Shown here piece after piece: positions 1 through 9,186 of a stretch of 59,163 nt of DNA (positions are counted from its first letter, which is position 1; every line of letters begins with the position of its first letter). Location of the stretch: the NCBI GenBank assembly GCA_013178315.1, contig JABLWX010000025.1:1-59163 (forward strand), read 5' to 3'. The notes under the pieces were generated by a model that was not told the DNA's origin, searched no databases, and saw nothing but the letters and a program-made list of their open reading frames with translations. This DNA comes from Candidatus Aminicenantes bacterium (GTDB lineage: Bacteria; Acidobacteriota; Aminicenantia; Aminicenantales; Saccharicenantaceae). Position numbers and translations under genes: made by a program.

Positions 1-1
1 G

Positions 2-1984
2 GCCCGGGAACCTGAATTCAAGGTCAGGGAGATTATCTCCTGTCCTCCGGATTCTGTTGCCCTGCCGGAGGTTATAGTCAAATTTGCCCTGGAACTCTCC
101 GAACGAAGCCTGACCGCTCCCGGGCTGTTGCTGGAGATGGCCGAGCCCCCGGCCGCCAGGGAAAAGCCCCGGCTCAGGTTGACCATAACCGAAAAGGGGT
201 TAAAGGAGCTGGTTTCCGGCCGGCTCAAGGGCCGCCGGGGCCAGATATTGAGCCTGCTGGCCGAGCGCCAGTTAAGCCCGGTTTACATCAAAAGAAAGCT
301 CAAGCTTCGGGAGATCAATTCCTACCTGAAAAGCCTGGGGCAGGAGGGCCTGCTGGAAATCAGGGAAAAGGCTACCAGGAAGAAGCCAGCCCGGCCGGTT
401 GGTGCCGATAATTCCCGCCAGCTGGTGCTGCCGGTGCGGCCGGAAGGCCTGCCCGAGGCCGGCCAGCCCCTGCTCGAAGCGCTGGAGGCCGGCCGGGGTG
501 GAACGTTTCTGCTGACCGGAAGCCTGGACAGGAGGCTGCGCTTCCTCGAGAAAATCATGGATTATTCGGCCGGACATTACGGGTTCGCCATTTTCCTTGT
601 ACCTGACATCCAGCGGCTGGAAAAATTGAGACCGCTGGAAAAGGCCTTCGGCAGCCGGGCAGCTTTCTGGCACAGCCAGCTTCCGGATAAAGTCAGGAAC
701 AATGCCTGGAACCAGTTGGTCTCAGGCCGGTCCAGGATAATCTTCGGGACCAGGTCGGCCCTGTTTCTACCGGTGCAGCCCTTATCATTGGTGGTCGTTG
801 ATGAAGAACATGACGACCTTTATTACCAGTCAGATGGACCTTCGTTCGATGCCCGGGAAGCAGCCGAGGTCAGGGCCGGGCTGGAAAAAAGCCTGCTGAT
901 TTTCAGTTCAGCCTGCCCGAGGGTCAGCCAGTACCACCGTCACCGCCAGTCGGGGACACTGATCGACCTGGGCGGAGCTGGAGTACAACCCCGGGTCAGT
1001 TTTTACCAGAAGGATATAGCCAGGCTGTTGAAAAAGGAACTGCGGGAAGAAATCTCCCCCTGCCTTGAGGCTGGTGGCCGCATTTTTTTCCTGGTCAACC
1101 GGAAGGGATATGCCGGGTACCTGTTCTGCCCGGGTTGCGGTTATGTCGCCCGCTGTCCCCGTTGCCGGATTGCCCTTAACCTGCAGAAAAAAGATGGGGA
1201 ACTGAGCTGTGGCTACTGCGGCCTGGAAACCCAGTCTCCGGAAGAATGCCCGGTTTGCCACCAGAAACTCAGGCCCGGGCGGATCCGCGGCAGCCAGTAT
1301 TTGAAAGAGCAATTACAGGTTACCTTCCCCGGCCAGCCGGCGGAGGTCCTGGAAGAGGGTGCCGGAGAAAAGGCTGCCGAAAAAAGCCTGAAGAGAATAG
1401 TTTCCGGGAAAAGCCGGCTGGTGGTCGGCACCGAGTATGCCCTGCGCCGGCTGCCGTCGAATCATTTCTCGTTTCTGGTTCTGGTCAACCCGGAGACCAG
1501 CCTGAACCGGCCTGATTTCACGGCAGCAGAAAAGACGGTGGCCCTGGCCCGGGCCAGCCTGGAGTTGCTCAGGGCTGGAGAAGGCTCCACGGTGGCAGCG
1601 GTAACTGCCGGGCCCCCGCCCGAAACGATTGTCCAGGCCCTGTCCGGGGATTATCCTGGTTTCTTCGAGCGGGAAATTGATTACCGCCGACTGCTGAACT
1701 ACCCGCCGTTCAGTTTCCTGGTCGAGGTTGGACTGGACAGCCGGTCGCTGCGGGGGGCTGGACGTTCCTCCCGGCTGCTTCTGGAACAGCTTGGCAGAGA
1801 TTTCCCCGGCCTGGAACTCCTGGGACCTAAAGTCTCGAGGAAAGCCTGGCGGAAGGAGCAGCGAGAAGTGAGGTTGATGGTCAGACTGTCTGCGGAAACC
1901 GAGATCGAAGAACTTCTCTCTTACCTGAAGAAATTCCGGATGGAAAAACCCTCCACCCGGCTCTGGGTTCGAGTCTGGCGATAA
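2..1984 (+). CDS. priA: Primosomal protein N' (PriA), 5'-truncated by the window edge; helicase motifs degenerate
   Basis: GTRSALFLP, VVVDEEHD and NRKGYA motifs, four CxxC pairs (CPGC, CPRC, CGYC, CPVC) and C-terminal YPPF. The frame is open from position 2. The Walker A position reads LTGSLDRR. Confidence 0.9.
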   Translation, partial: AREPEFKVREIISCPPDSVALPEVIVKFALELSERSLTAPGLLLEMAEPPAAREKPRLRLTITEKGLKELVSGRLKGRRGQILSLLAERQLSPVYIKRKLKLREINSYLKSLGQEGLLEIREKATRKKPARPVGADNSRQLVLPVRPEGLPEAGQPLLEALEAGRGGTFLLTGSLDRRLRFLEKIMDYSAGHYGFAIFLVPDIQRLEKLRPLEKAFGSRAAFWHSQLPDKVRNNAWNQLVSGRSRIIFGTRSALFLPVQPLSLVVVDEEHDDLYYQSDGPSFDAREAAEVRAGLEKSLLIFSSACPRVSQYHRHRQSGTLIDLGGAGVQPRVSFYQKDIARLLKKELREEISPCLEAGGRIFFLVNRKGYAGYLFCPGCGYVARCPRCRIALNLQKKDGELSCGYCGLETQSPEECPVCHQKLRPGRIRGSQYLKEQLQVTFPGQPAEVLEEGAGEKAAEKSLKRIVSGKSRLVVGTEYALRRLPSNHFSFLVLVNPETSLNRPDFTAAEKTVALARASLELLRAGEGSTVAAVTAGPPPETIVQALSGDYPGFFEREIDYRRLLNYPPFSFLVEVGLDSRSLRGAGRSSRLLLEQLGRDFPGLELLGPKVSRKAWRKEQREVRLMVRLSAETEIEELLSYLKKFRMEKPSTRLWVRVWR

Positions 1985-2016
1985 GCTCGGCCGAGCCCGC
2001 TCCCGATTAAACCCTT

Positions 2017-2595
2017 CTACTGCTGGTCAACATAATCGGCGAAGCGAACAGTTATCTGGCCGGTCTGCTTTACCTGCCGGTTTCTCAGGTCATGACCGAT
2101 TAACTCAATCCTGGCGGTGCATTCGAGCACACCCGTTCCCAGAGTGCTCAGGGGCGGCTGGGTCTTGGCCACGTCACGGACGATCAGCAAGGGAATGCTG
2201 ACCGAGGAACCCACGGGTACCAGGGTGGACATGGTGCCCTCAAAATGGTAGGGGACATCCGTTCCTTCGCCGGTGGCTCCGTCGCTTCTGATGTAGGTCA
2301 CTATGTAGTTCGTAATCATGACATCGCTGTACTGAGAAACGCCCATTATCGGGTTGGGGTCCAGGGTGGCCGCCCGCACGGTCAGGTTCACAAAATCGGA
2401 ATAGACCATGCCGTTGGTGATGATATCCGAGAAGACCACGGTGGAATCATTGCCCTGGGTGTCCTTGCCGATTATGCTTTCTATGATCAGAAAGCTCCCG
2501 GAGTTGGTTGCCCTTTCCACCGGGTTGCAGGAAAAAAGAATCAGGGCCAGCACCAGGACCGATATTATCTTAAGGCCGGAGATGATTTTCTTCAT
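2017..2595 (-). CDS. Hypothetical lipoprotein (beta-rich), last gene of the pil operon
   Basis: MKK N-terminus, hydrophobic core and LFSC lipobox; RBS GAAGGAAG; starts 19 bp after the pilQ stop. Confidence 0.8.
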   Translation of the reverse strand: MKKIISGLKIISVLVLALILFSCNPVERATNSGSFLIIESIIGKDTQGNDSTVVFSDIITNGMVYSDFVNLTVRAATLDPNPIMGVSQYSDVMITNYIVTYIRSDGATGEGTDVPYHFEGTMSTLVPVGSSVSIPLLIVRDVAKTQPPLSTLGTGVLECTARIELIGHDLRNRQVKQTGQITVRFADYVDQQ

Positions 2596-2614
2596 GGCTT
2601 CCTTCTCCTCTCGC

Positions 2615-4903
2615 TTATTTGATTATCCTTGGAGTTATAAATATCAGCAGTTCCCTGTTCTGCTTGGTCCGGGCAAAGGACCTGAACAGAGTTCCCAGGA
2701 CAGGGATACTGTGCAGGTAAGGAACGCGTTCTCTGGTGATTGAATCTTCCGTCCGGTAGATTCCACCAATGACCGTGGTGCCACCGTCGGGGACCATGAC
2801 CGTGGTCTTGGCGCTCTGGGTGGTGATGGGCGGGATGCCGTTGACCAGGTTGGCGAAATCGGCCGCGTTGTTCTGAATTTCAATGTTCATTATGATGGTG
2901 CCCTCGGCCGTGATCTGGGGAGTGGCCCGCAGTTCCAGGGCGGCATTGACGTACCTGGTGGTAACGGTGAAGTTGGCCACGGTCTGGACGGGAATCTGGC
3001 GGCCCTGAACGATTTCGGCAGCCTGGTTGTTCTGGGTGGTTACCTTGGGAGAAGATATGATGCGGCCGTTACCTGAGGTCTCCAGGGCGGACAGGGCCAC
3101 GTCCAGCCTGAAGGTATCGAGCACGTTGGCAAAGGAGAAGCCCACGGCGGTGTTAAAGGCCGGGGCCGGCAGGTTGATGGCATAACCACCCAGCGGACCG
3201 CCGATGCCCTTGGTCACTATACCCTGAGGGATCATGGCTCCATCGGCCAGGATCTTGTTGGGGAAGGAAATGGCGGTCTGGTTGCCGTAGAAGGGATCGA
3301 TCACACCCTTGTAGCCCCACTGGATGCCCAGGTTCCGGATGAAGGTGGAGGTGGCCTCGACGATTCTGGCTTCTATTGAAACCTGGGGAGTGGGTGTATC
3401 CAGGACAGAGATTAACTTGTCCAGCAGCTCCATCCTGTCCCTGACCTCGCTGATGATCAGGGTGTTGGTCCTTTCGTCGATGACTATTTCCCCGCTCTTG
3501 GACAACCGGCTCTTGAGCAGGCTCTGAACGTCCCTGGCCTTGGAATAGGACAGGGTTACGGTCTTAACCTGGACGGGGCCGGCCAGTTCCTTGCTTTCTT
3601 TAAGCCTCCTTAAATCCTCGTCTTCCCGGGACAGGGTGCTCATGGGGGCGATGCGCAGCACGTTGCCTTCAATGACCTTGCCCATCCTGTTCTGGCGCAG
3701 GACGATTTCCAGGGCCTGGTCCCAGGGAACTTCCTGCAGGTTGCAGGTCACGTTGCCCCGGACCTCGGGGTCGAAAATCACGTTCAGGCCGGCAAAGTCG
3801 GCCAGGAAGAGCACCACGTCGCGCAGGTCGGCGTCCTTGAACTTCAGGCTGATCAGCTCTCCCGAATATTTATCTTCAGCGGCCTGGAGGACCCGGGGTT
3901 TGAACTGGTCTTTTTCCTGGGCCTGGGGTTTGGCCGCCTTGGGCTCTGGTTCTGGCTTGCTTTCAGCAGGTGCCGGCTCGGTTTTTACCGGCTGCATTTC
4001 GGTCTTTTCCTCAACTTTTATGGCCGGCTTCTTGTTGCTCTGGTCTTCCGAAGCGGGCATGGCGTTGGCCAGGGCTGTCTTGACCGGCTCGGTCTTTCTG
4101 ACCGGTTCGGCCGGCTTCTCAGCCACTACCACCGCCTCGGGCGAATAGAAGGAAATCTGGAGACCTCGGGGCGTGGAATCGAGAGAATACCAGCCGGCAT
4201 CCTTCAGGTCAAAAACCAGCCTGGTGATGGGACAGGGGTCGCCAGCCTTGAACTGGGCCACCCTGACCTTTTCCACGTTGGCCCGGCCCACCTGGTAGGA
4301 CTGGCTGGACCTGGGGAAGTTGGTGTTGAGCAGGTCCACCACCAGCCGGCTGGGGTTTTCGAGGGCAAAGGTCTGCAGGGGGGCTTCACCGGTCAGGTTG
4401 ATCAAGAAGCTGACCTTGTCGGCTTCGCTCTTCACATTAAGGTCGGCGAAACTGACCTGGTTTTCTGGCCGGATCAGGGCAGTCATGGCCGGGTCGATCT
4501 GGTAGGAGGAGGCCCTCAGGAATTCGTTAAATTCCAGGATGGTCTGGCCGTCTTCAACCAGCAGGCGGAAGGGGACTTTATCCTTTAACTGGATCTGGAT
4601 TCTGAGGTTTTCTCCGAGCGGTTCCACCTTGATGTTCCTGACCAGGCGGCTGGCCGGTTCCATGGTGGCCGGCAGCTCAACCGGCCTGGCCTTGGCCAGT
4701 TCCATCGACAGCACCGGGGGAGTTTCAGAAACGTAGCTCAGCCCCTTAACCTGGATTGGGCTATCGGCTTTAAGGATGACCCTGGTTGAGAGCAAGCCTG
4801 GCTTGACCTCAATCTTGCTCAGCTCGGCAGCCTGGACCAGGAAAGCCGAGACCAGGATTAAATTTATCGCTGCCAGAATAAGCCAACAAACTTTCCTTTT
4901 CAT
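2615..4903 (-). CDS. pilQ: Type IV pilus secretin PilQ with N-terminal AMIN domain(s)
   Basis: Signal peptide from ATG 4903 (MKRKVCW, RBS GGAG); AMIN motif ENPSRLVVDL; N0 ISLKFKDADL..VPWDQAL; secretin QVSIEARIVE and C-terminal RELLIFITPRII. Confidence 0.95.
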   Translation of the reverse strand: MKRKVCWLILAAINLILVSAFLVQAAELSKIEVKPGLLSTRVILKADSPIQVKGLSYVSETPPVLSMELAKARPVELPATMEPASRLVRNIKVEPLGENLRIQIQLKDKVPFRLLVEDGQTILEFNEFLRASSYQIDPAMTALIRPENQVSFADLNVKSEADKVSFLINLTGEAPLQTFALENPSRLVVDLLNTNFPRSSQSYQVGRANVEKVRVAQFKAGDPCPITRLVFDLKDAGWYSLDSTPRGLQISFYSPEAVVVAEKPAEPVRKTEPVKTALANAMPASEDQSNKKPAIKVEEKTEMQPVKTEPAPAESKPEPEPKAAKPQAQEKDQFKPRVLQAAEDKYSGELISLKFKDADLRDVVLFLADFAGLNVIFDPEVRGNVTCNLQEVPWDQALEIVLRQNRMGKVIEGNVLRIAPMSTLSREDEDLRRLKESKELAGPVQVKTVTLSYSKARDVQSLLKSRLSKSGEIVIDERTNTLIISEVRDRMELLDKLISVLDTPTPQVSIEARIVEATSTFIRNLGIQWGYKGVIDPFYGNQTAISFPNKILADGAMIPQGIVTKGIGGPLGGYAINLPAPAFNTAVGFSFANVLDTFRLDVALSALETSGNGRIISSPKVTTQNNQAAEIVQGRQIPVQTVANFTVTTRYVNAALELRATPQITAEGTIIMNIEIQNNAADFANLVNGIPPITTQSAKTTVMVPDGGTTVIGGIYRTEDSITRERVPYLHSIPVLGTLFRSFARTKQNRELLIFITPRIIK

Positions 4904-4904
4904 G

Positions 4905-5399
4905 TTAACGCTCCTCCGGATTGATTTCTTTAACAACGTCCCTGGGCCTCATCAGTGGTATGCCCCTTTCGTGGGTCTTGCGGAAGACCACCTGCGATTC
5001 GCTGATGGAGTAGACATAACCGTCGGCCAGTCTATCTCCGATTTTCAGGAAGTAGGGGAATTCCTGAGGTCCAGAAACTATGGCCACGAAGCTCTTGGCT
5101 GTCTTGACGATGCCGACCAGGGTGGCATTTTCTATGGTCAATTGCCCTTCGGCCACCGTGGCTTTACCTCCGCTCTTGCCCTTGCCTATCAGGTCCTTGA
5201 ACGGGTCCCGACGCCCGCCCGGGTTATAGGAGGCACGGGGCGGAAGGGTGCTCAGGGCCTGCTGCGGGGAAATTATGGTTTCCTGTTGCTGTTCCTGTTG
5301 TTGCCCGGTTTGCTGAACTTCCTGGCCAAAAGCCGGAGTCAGCCAACCGGGTATTCCTGACATCAGTAAAACCAGGGCCAGAATGCTTATCTTTCTCAT
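4905..5399 (-). CDS. pilP: Type IV pilus assembly protein PilP
   Basis: GRRDPF motif, LVGIV..K.GD.L pattern and position between pilO and pilQ. No lipobox Cys is evident. Confidence 0.8.
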   Translation of the reverse strand: MRKISILALVLLMSGIPGWLTPAFGQEVQQTGQQQEQQQETIISPQQALSTLPPRASYNPGGRRDPFKDLIGKGKSGGKATVAEGQLTIENATLVGIVKTAKSFVAIVSGPQEFPYFLKIGDRLADGYVYSISESQVVFRKTHERGIPLMRPRDVVKEINPEER

Positions 5400-5400
5400 G

Positions 5401-5985
5401 TTATTTCCTCGGCTGTTGCTGGCCGGCCGGAGTCTTGGCCGGTTGAGGCTGTTCTTCCAGAAAATAGTAGGTGGTGGTGACGAACTTGGCGCCTATGGTC
5501 AGTGCGTCTGTCTGGTTACTCAGGGCGCTGATGCTGAAGTTGTTGACGTTGAACAGCCTGGCGAAATTGCTCAGTTTATCGAAGAAAATCCCCAGGTTGT
5601 GGTAGGTGCCGGAGATCTCGATGTTGATCGGCCACTCGGCGTAAAATTCTTTTTTGATCTCACCCCTGGGCTGAAACTTCAGGACATTGAGCCGGGAATC
5701 GTAGGCCAGCTGCTGGATGCGCCTCAGGATTTCGGCTATTTCTTTCTGCTGGGGGATGATCTGCTCCAGGTCTTTGAGGGTGGCATTCAGCACCACCAGT
5801 TCCGCCTCGATCTTGTCCAGTTCTTTCTTTTTTTCCTTCAAGACCTGGACTTCTTTTTCCAGCTTTTCCCGCTGCTGCCGCAGGTCCTGGATCTGTTCGT
5901 TGCGGGGTTTGAAGTAGAAAAAGAAGGCCAGGGCGAAGATAACTACGGCCAGTATTAGGTATCCATACCAGGGCCAGTTTCTCAT
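5401..5985 (-). CDS. pilO: Type IV pilus assembly protein PilO
   Basis: N-terminal TM, coiled coil, EFYAEWPI..GTYHNLGIFFDKL..RL motif. Confidence 0.92.
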   Translation of the reverse strand: MRNWPWYGYLILAVVIFALAFFFYFKPRNEQIQDLRQQREKLEKEVQVLKEKKKELDKIEAELVVLNATLKDLEQIIPQQKEIAEILRRIQQLAYDSRLNVLKFQPRGEIKKEFYAEWPINIEISGTYHNLGIFFDKLSNFARLFNVNNFSISALSNQTDALTIGAKFVTTTYYFLEEQPQPAKTPAGQQQPRK

Positions 5986-5987
5986 GG

Positions 5988-6620
5988 CTATCTCCTTCTC
6001 GTGGTCTGGGGAGTGGGTTTGGGCTTGGCCGGCTGCAGTTGCTCAACCTGGGGCTTCTTCACCGGGACGGTCATATCAAATTCCAGGTAGACCACCCCTC
6101 CCTGGGTTTTCTGGGTTGAGACGATCAGGTTGACCTGCCCGAAGGTCTCGCTGCGTTGCAGGTTGGTGATGAAATCGGCAATCAGGTTGTTAGAAATGGC
6201 TTCGCCCTTGATCTTCAGGGTTTGCCCGTCGAAGCTGGCATCTTTCAGCCAGACATAGTCAGGTATCCGGCGGTTGATTTCATCCATTATCCTGACGGCA
6301 ATGTCCTGGTTGGCTTTCAGCTGTCTGATCAGGTTGATCTTCATCTCCAGGTTGGCCTTCTGCAGCTTGACCTCTTCCAGCTTGGCCACCACGTACTGCA
6401 GCTGGTTCTTTTCCTGCTGGGCCTGGGCAATCAGCTGCTTCTCCTTCTGGATCTGCCAGTGCTGGTAAAAGTAGTAGCCGGCCAGGCTGACGAGCAGCAG
6501 CAGAAAGATGATGGTGCCGAGGCTGGCTCTTTTCCTTTCCTTCGCAACCTTAGGTAAACCTGGCTTTTCAGGTTCCCTGGCTTCCTTGGCTTCCGGTTTT
6601 AATAAGTTAATCCTGATCAT
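5988..6620 (-). CDS. pilN: Type IV pilus assembly protein PilN
   Basis: MIRINLL N-terminal PilM-binding motif, TM, coiled coil, PDYVWL..IKGEA core. Confidence 0.92.
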   Translation of the reverse strand: MIRINLLKPEAKEAREPEKPGLPKVAKERKRASLGTIIFLLLLVSLAGYYFYQHWQIQKEKQLIAQAQQEKNQLQYVVAKLEEVKLQKANLEMKINLIRQLKANQDIAVRIMDEINRRIPDYVWLKDASFDGQTLKIKGEAISNNLIADFITNLQRSETFGQVNLIVSTQKTQGGVVYLEFDMTVPVKKPQVEQLQPAKPKPTPQTTRRR

Positions 6621-6623
6621 GGC

Positions 6624-7700
6624 TCATTTCTCTGCCTTTCTCGTTGAAAGTCCGACGGCCACCCCGAAGACAGGGGCCATTTCATTAAAATAGATGGATT
6701 CGAACTTCTTTTCGTCAAATTTTATCGACCTGAAGGGGTTGAGCAACTCGGTCTTGATCCGGAACTTCAGCTCGAAGGCGCTGACCATGTTGGGGATCAG
6801 GGCCAGGCCACCGCTCAGGAAAATCTGTTCGATGCGGCGTTCCCTCTTTTCCCCGGCCTCATAGAAGGAAAAGGTCTTTTCCATTTCATCCAGCAGGTCC
6901 CGGATGTTCATGGTCAGGACGGAGGCGAACTGGTCGGCATTGATGTTCTTACCCGGTATCCCTTTCAAGGCGGCCTCGGCCTCTTCGAAGGAGACGTTCA
7001 GTTCCTTGCGGATGTTCTCGGTGAAGAAGTATCCGCCCAGCGACAGGTCCCGGAACAGCTGGGGCACGCCGTGCTCCACGATCCCGACGTTGGTGATGTT
7101 GGCCCCCATGTTGATCAGGGCCACGGTTTTATCCTTGAAGATTTCCGGGTAGTTGACTTCGAAGGCGTTGATCAGGGAGAAGATGTCCACCTCGATGGCC
7201 ACCAGGTTCTTCCTGGCCACGCTGACGGCGTTGCTGTAGTTGGCGATTTTGTCCTTCTTGGCTGCCACCAGCAGGATGTCCACCGTACCCTCGGCGCCGC
7301 GGGGAGACCTGACCACGTGGTAATCAACGTTGGTTTCCTCGTAGTTGTAGGGGATGTTGTGCTTGGCCTCCCAGATGATGGACTCGGCCAGTTCCTGCTG
7401 GTCCATGGCCGGCAGGGAGATTTTCTTGATGATGACCGAGTTGCCGGAGATGGAGATGGCCACGTCGCGGGTGGCAATCTTGGCGTTCTCGAATAGCAGC
7501 TTGATGGTTTCGCTGACCGCGGTGGAATCGATGATGGTGCCTTCCACTATGGCGTCGTGGGGGAGTGGCTCGTAACCTATCTTCTGAACTTCGTAATGGG
7601 TGGTATCTCCCTTTTCCTTGATTTTTAATTCGACTGCCTTGACGGAATAGGACCCGATATCGAGTCCGACCACGCTCTTTTCCTTGGATAAACCCAACAT
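6624..7700 (-). CDS. pilM: Type IV pilus assembly protein PilM (actin-like)
   Basis: VGLDIGSYSVK, LLVAAKKD, INMGA and LSGG motifs; VAVGL C-terminus. Confidence 0.95.
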   Translation of the reverse strand: MLGLSKEKSVVGLDIGSYSVKAVELKIKEKGDTTHYEVQKIGYEPLPHDAIVEGTIIDSTAVSETIKLLFENAKIATRDVAISISGNSVIIKKISLPAMDQQELAESIIWEAKHNIPYNYEETNVDYHVVRSPRGAEGTVDILLVAAKKDKIANYSNAVSVARKNLVAIEVDIFSLINAFEVNYPEIFKDKTVALINMGANITNVGIVEHGVPQLFRDLSLGGYFFTENIRKELNVSFEEAEAALKGIPGKNINADQFASVLTMNIRDLLDEMEKTFSFYEAGEKRERRIEQIFLSGGLALIPNMVSAFELKFRIKTELLNPFRSIKFDEKKFESIYFNEMAPVFGVAVGLSTRKAEK

Positions 7701-7711
7701 TTTTACCGCCT

Positions 7712-8224
7712 TTATTTATTGAGATTCTTAAATTTATTCTTAAGGGCCTCTTCCACCACCGGCGGAACCAGGTCCTTAACGCAGCCTCCCAGTTGAAAGA
7801 CTTCCTTGACCAGGTTGGAACTGAGGAATGAGTACTTCAGGCTGGGCATCATGAACAGGGTCTCAATTTCACTCCACAGCTTGCGGTTCATCAGGGCCAT
7901 CTGGAACTCGTACTCAAAGTCGGATATGGCTCTCAGCCCCCTGATGACGGCGTCAGCCTGGTTCTGGCGGGCGAATTCCACCAGCAGGCCGCCAAAGGTC
8001 TTGACCTCGACGGCACTGTCACCGGCAAACGTCTGCCTTATCAGTTCCACCCGTTCCTCCGCTGAAAACAGGGGCATTTTTTTGGGGTTGTCGAGCACAC
8101 CCACAATAATTTTGTCGAAAATCTTCTTCCCCCTTTGAATAATATCGACGTGTCCGTTGGTGATAGGGTCAAATGACCCTGGATAGATTGCCTTCTTCCC
8201 ATTAAGGAGTTCAGTTCCTTGCAT
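7712..8224 (-). CDS. coaD: Pantetheine-phosphate adenylyltransferase
   Basis: AIYPGSFDPITNGH, RGLRAISDFEYE and SSNLVKE motifs. Confidence 0.97.
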   Translation of the reverse strand: MQGTELLNGKKAIYPGSFDPITNGHVDIIQRGKKIFDKIIVGVLDNPKKMPLFSAEERVELIRQTFAGDSAVEVKTFGGLLVEFARQNQADAVIRGLRAISDFEYEFQMALMNRKLWSEIETLFMMPSLKYSFLSSNLVKEVFQLGGCVKDLVPPVVEEALKNKFKNLNK

Positions 8225-8234
8225 GCTTGATTAT

Positions 8235-8263
8235 CAATTATCAAAAATGTTTCTCCGTGTCAA
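8235..8263 (-). promoter_or_regulatory. Putative sigma70 promoter for coaD-pilMNOPQ
   Basis: The minus strand reads TTGACA-N17-TAATTG with a TG extension, about 10 nt upstream of the coaD ATG. The -10 is imperfect. Confidence 0.45.
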
Positions 8264-8445
8264 ATATTTTTTTCTCACAGTTAGTTTTGCCCTCTTCTAT
8301 CCTATCCCAGAGCTTAAAATAATGCCGGAACCGGTCAATCACCGCTTCTGGCTAATCCGGAGGTGATTTTTTAGTGGGTCGCTTACCCTTCAGGGGTGAT
8401 ATCATTTTCTGGCTCTTAAGCTCGGCCTGCTGTAAAATACAAAAT

Positions 8446-9186
8446 GTGCTGAGGCAAAACTTATTCCCGGGACTGCTTCTGCTGGTAATTTTTGCCCTGC
8501 CTTGGCCCGGCCCACAGGGTAAGCAAGATAGGGATGAAGCCTTTTTCCAGAGGAAAAGGGAACAGATGGTCAGGTACCAGGTCGAGAGCCGTGGCCTGAA
8601 GGACGAAAGGCTGCTCCAGGCCCTGCTGGCCGTGCCTCGCCACCTTTTCGTTCCCGAGCAATACCGCCGGGAAGCCTATGAGGACTATCCGCTGCCCATA
8701 GGCGAAGGCCAGACCATTTCCCAGCCTTACATCGTGGCCCTGATGACGGCCGCCGCCGAGGTCAAGCCCGGTGACAAGGTGCTGGAAATCGGCACGGGTT
8801 CCGGCTACCAGGCGGCCGTTCTGAATCAACTGACCGACCAGGTTTTTTCAATAGAAATCCGGGAGACCCTGGCCGGGCGCGCCGCCAGCGTTCTTCAATC
8901 ATTAAATTATGCCGGGGTCAAGGTGCGCTGGGCGGATGGCTATTTCGGCTGGCCGGAAGAGGCTCCCTTTGATGCCATTCTGGTGACCTGTGCTGCCAAT
9001 CATATTCCGCCCCCGCTTTTTCAACAGCTGAAGGAAGGGGGCAGGCTGGTCATACCGGTCGGCAGCACCGTCTTTTTCCAGACACTGACCCTGGTGAGGA
9101 AAAAGGGTGGCAGGCCGGTGGTCAAGCAGCTACTCGACGTCCGCTTTGTCCCGATGGTAGGCGAGATAGAAAAAGAGAAACGCTAA
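8446..9186 (+). CDS. pcm: Protein-L-isoaspartate O-methyltransferase with an N-terminal hydrophobic/signal segment
   Basis: [37 protein letters not shown] and VRFVPM motifs. GTG 8446 chosen as start because TAAAAT at 8433-8438 lies 7 nt upstream (leaderless geometry). Confidence 0.93.
   Translation: MLRQNLFPGLLLLVIFALPWPGPQGKQDRDEAFFQRKREQMVRYQVESRGLKDERLLQALLAVPRHLFVPEQYRREAYEDYPLPIGEGQTISQPYIVALMTAAAEVKPGDKVLEIGTGSGYQAAVLNQLTDQVFSIEIRETLAGRAASVLQSLNYAGVKVRWADGYFGWPEEAPFDAILVTCAANHIPPPLFQQLKEGGRLVIPVGSTVFFQTLTLVRKKGGRPVVKQLLDVRFVPMVGEIEKEKR

Noticed and set aside
8228-8244. GATAAT-T-GATAATCA upstream of coaD, resembling a Fur box
   Set aside because: Only the left part matches the 19-bp Fur consensus, and it coincides with the -10 region, which explains the TAAT content.
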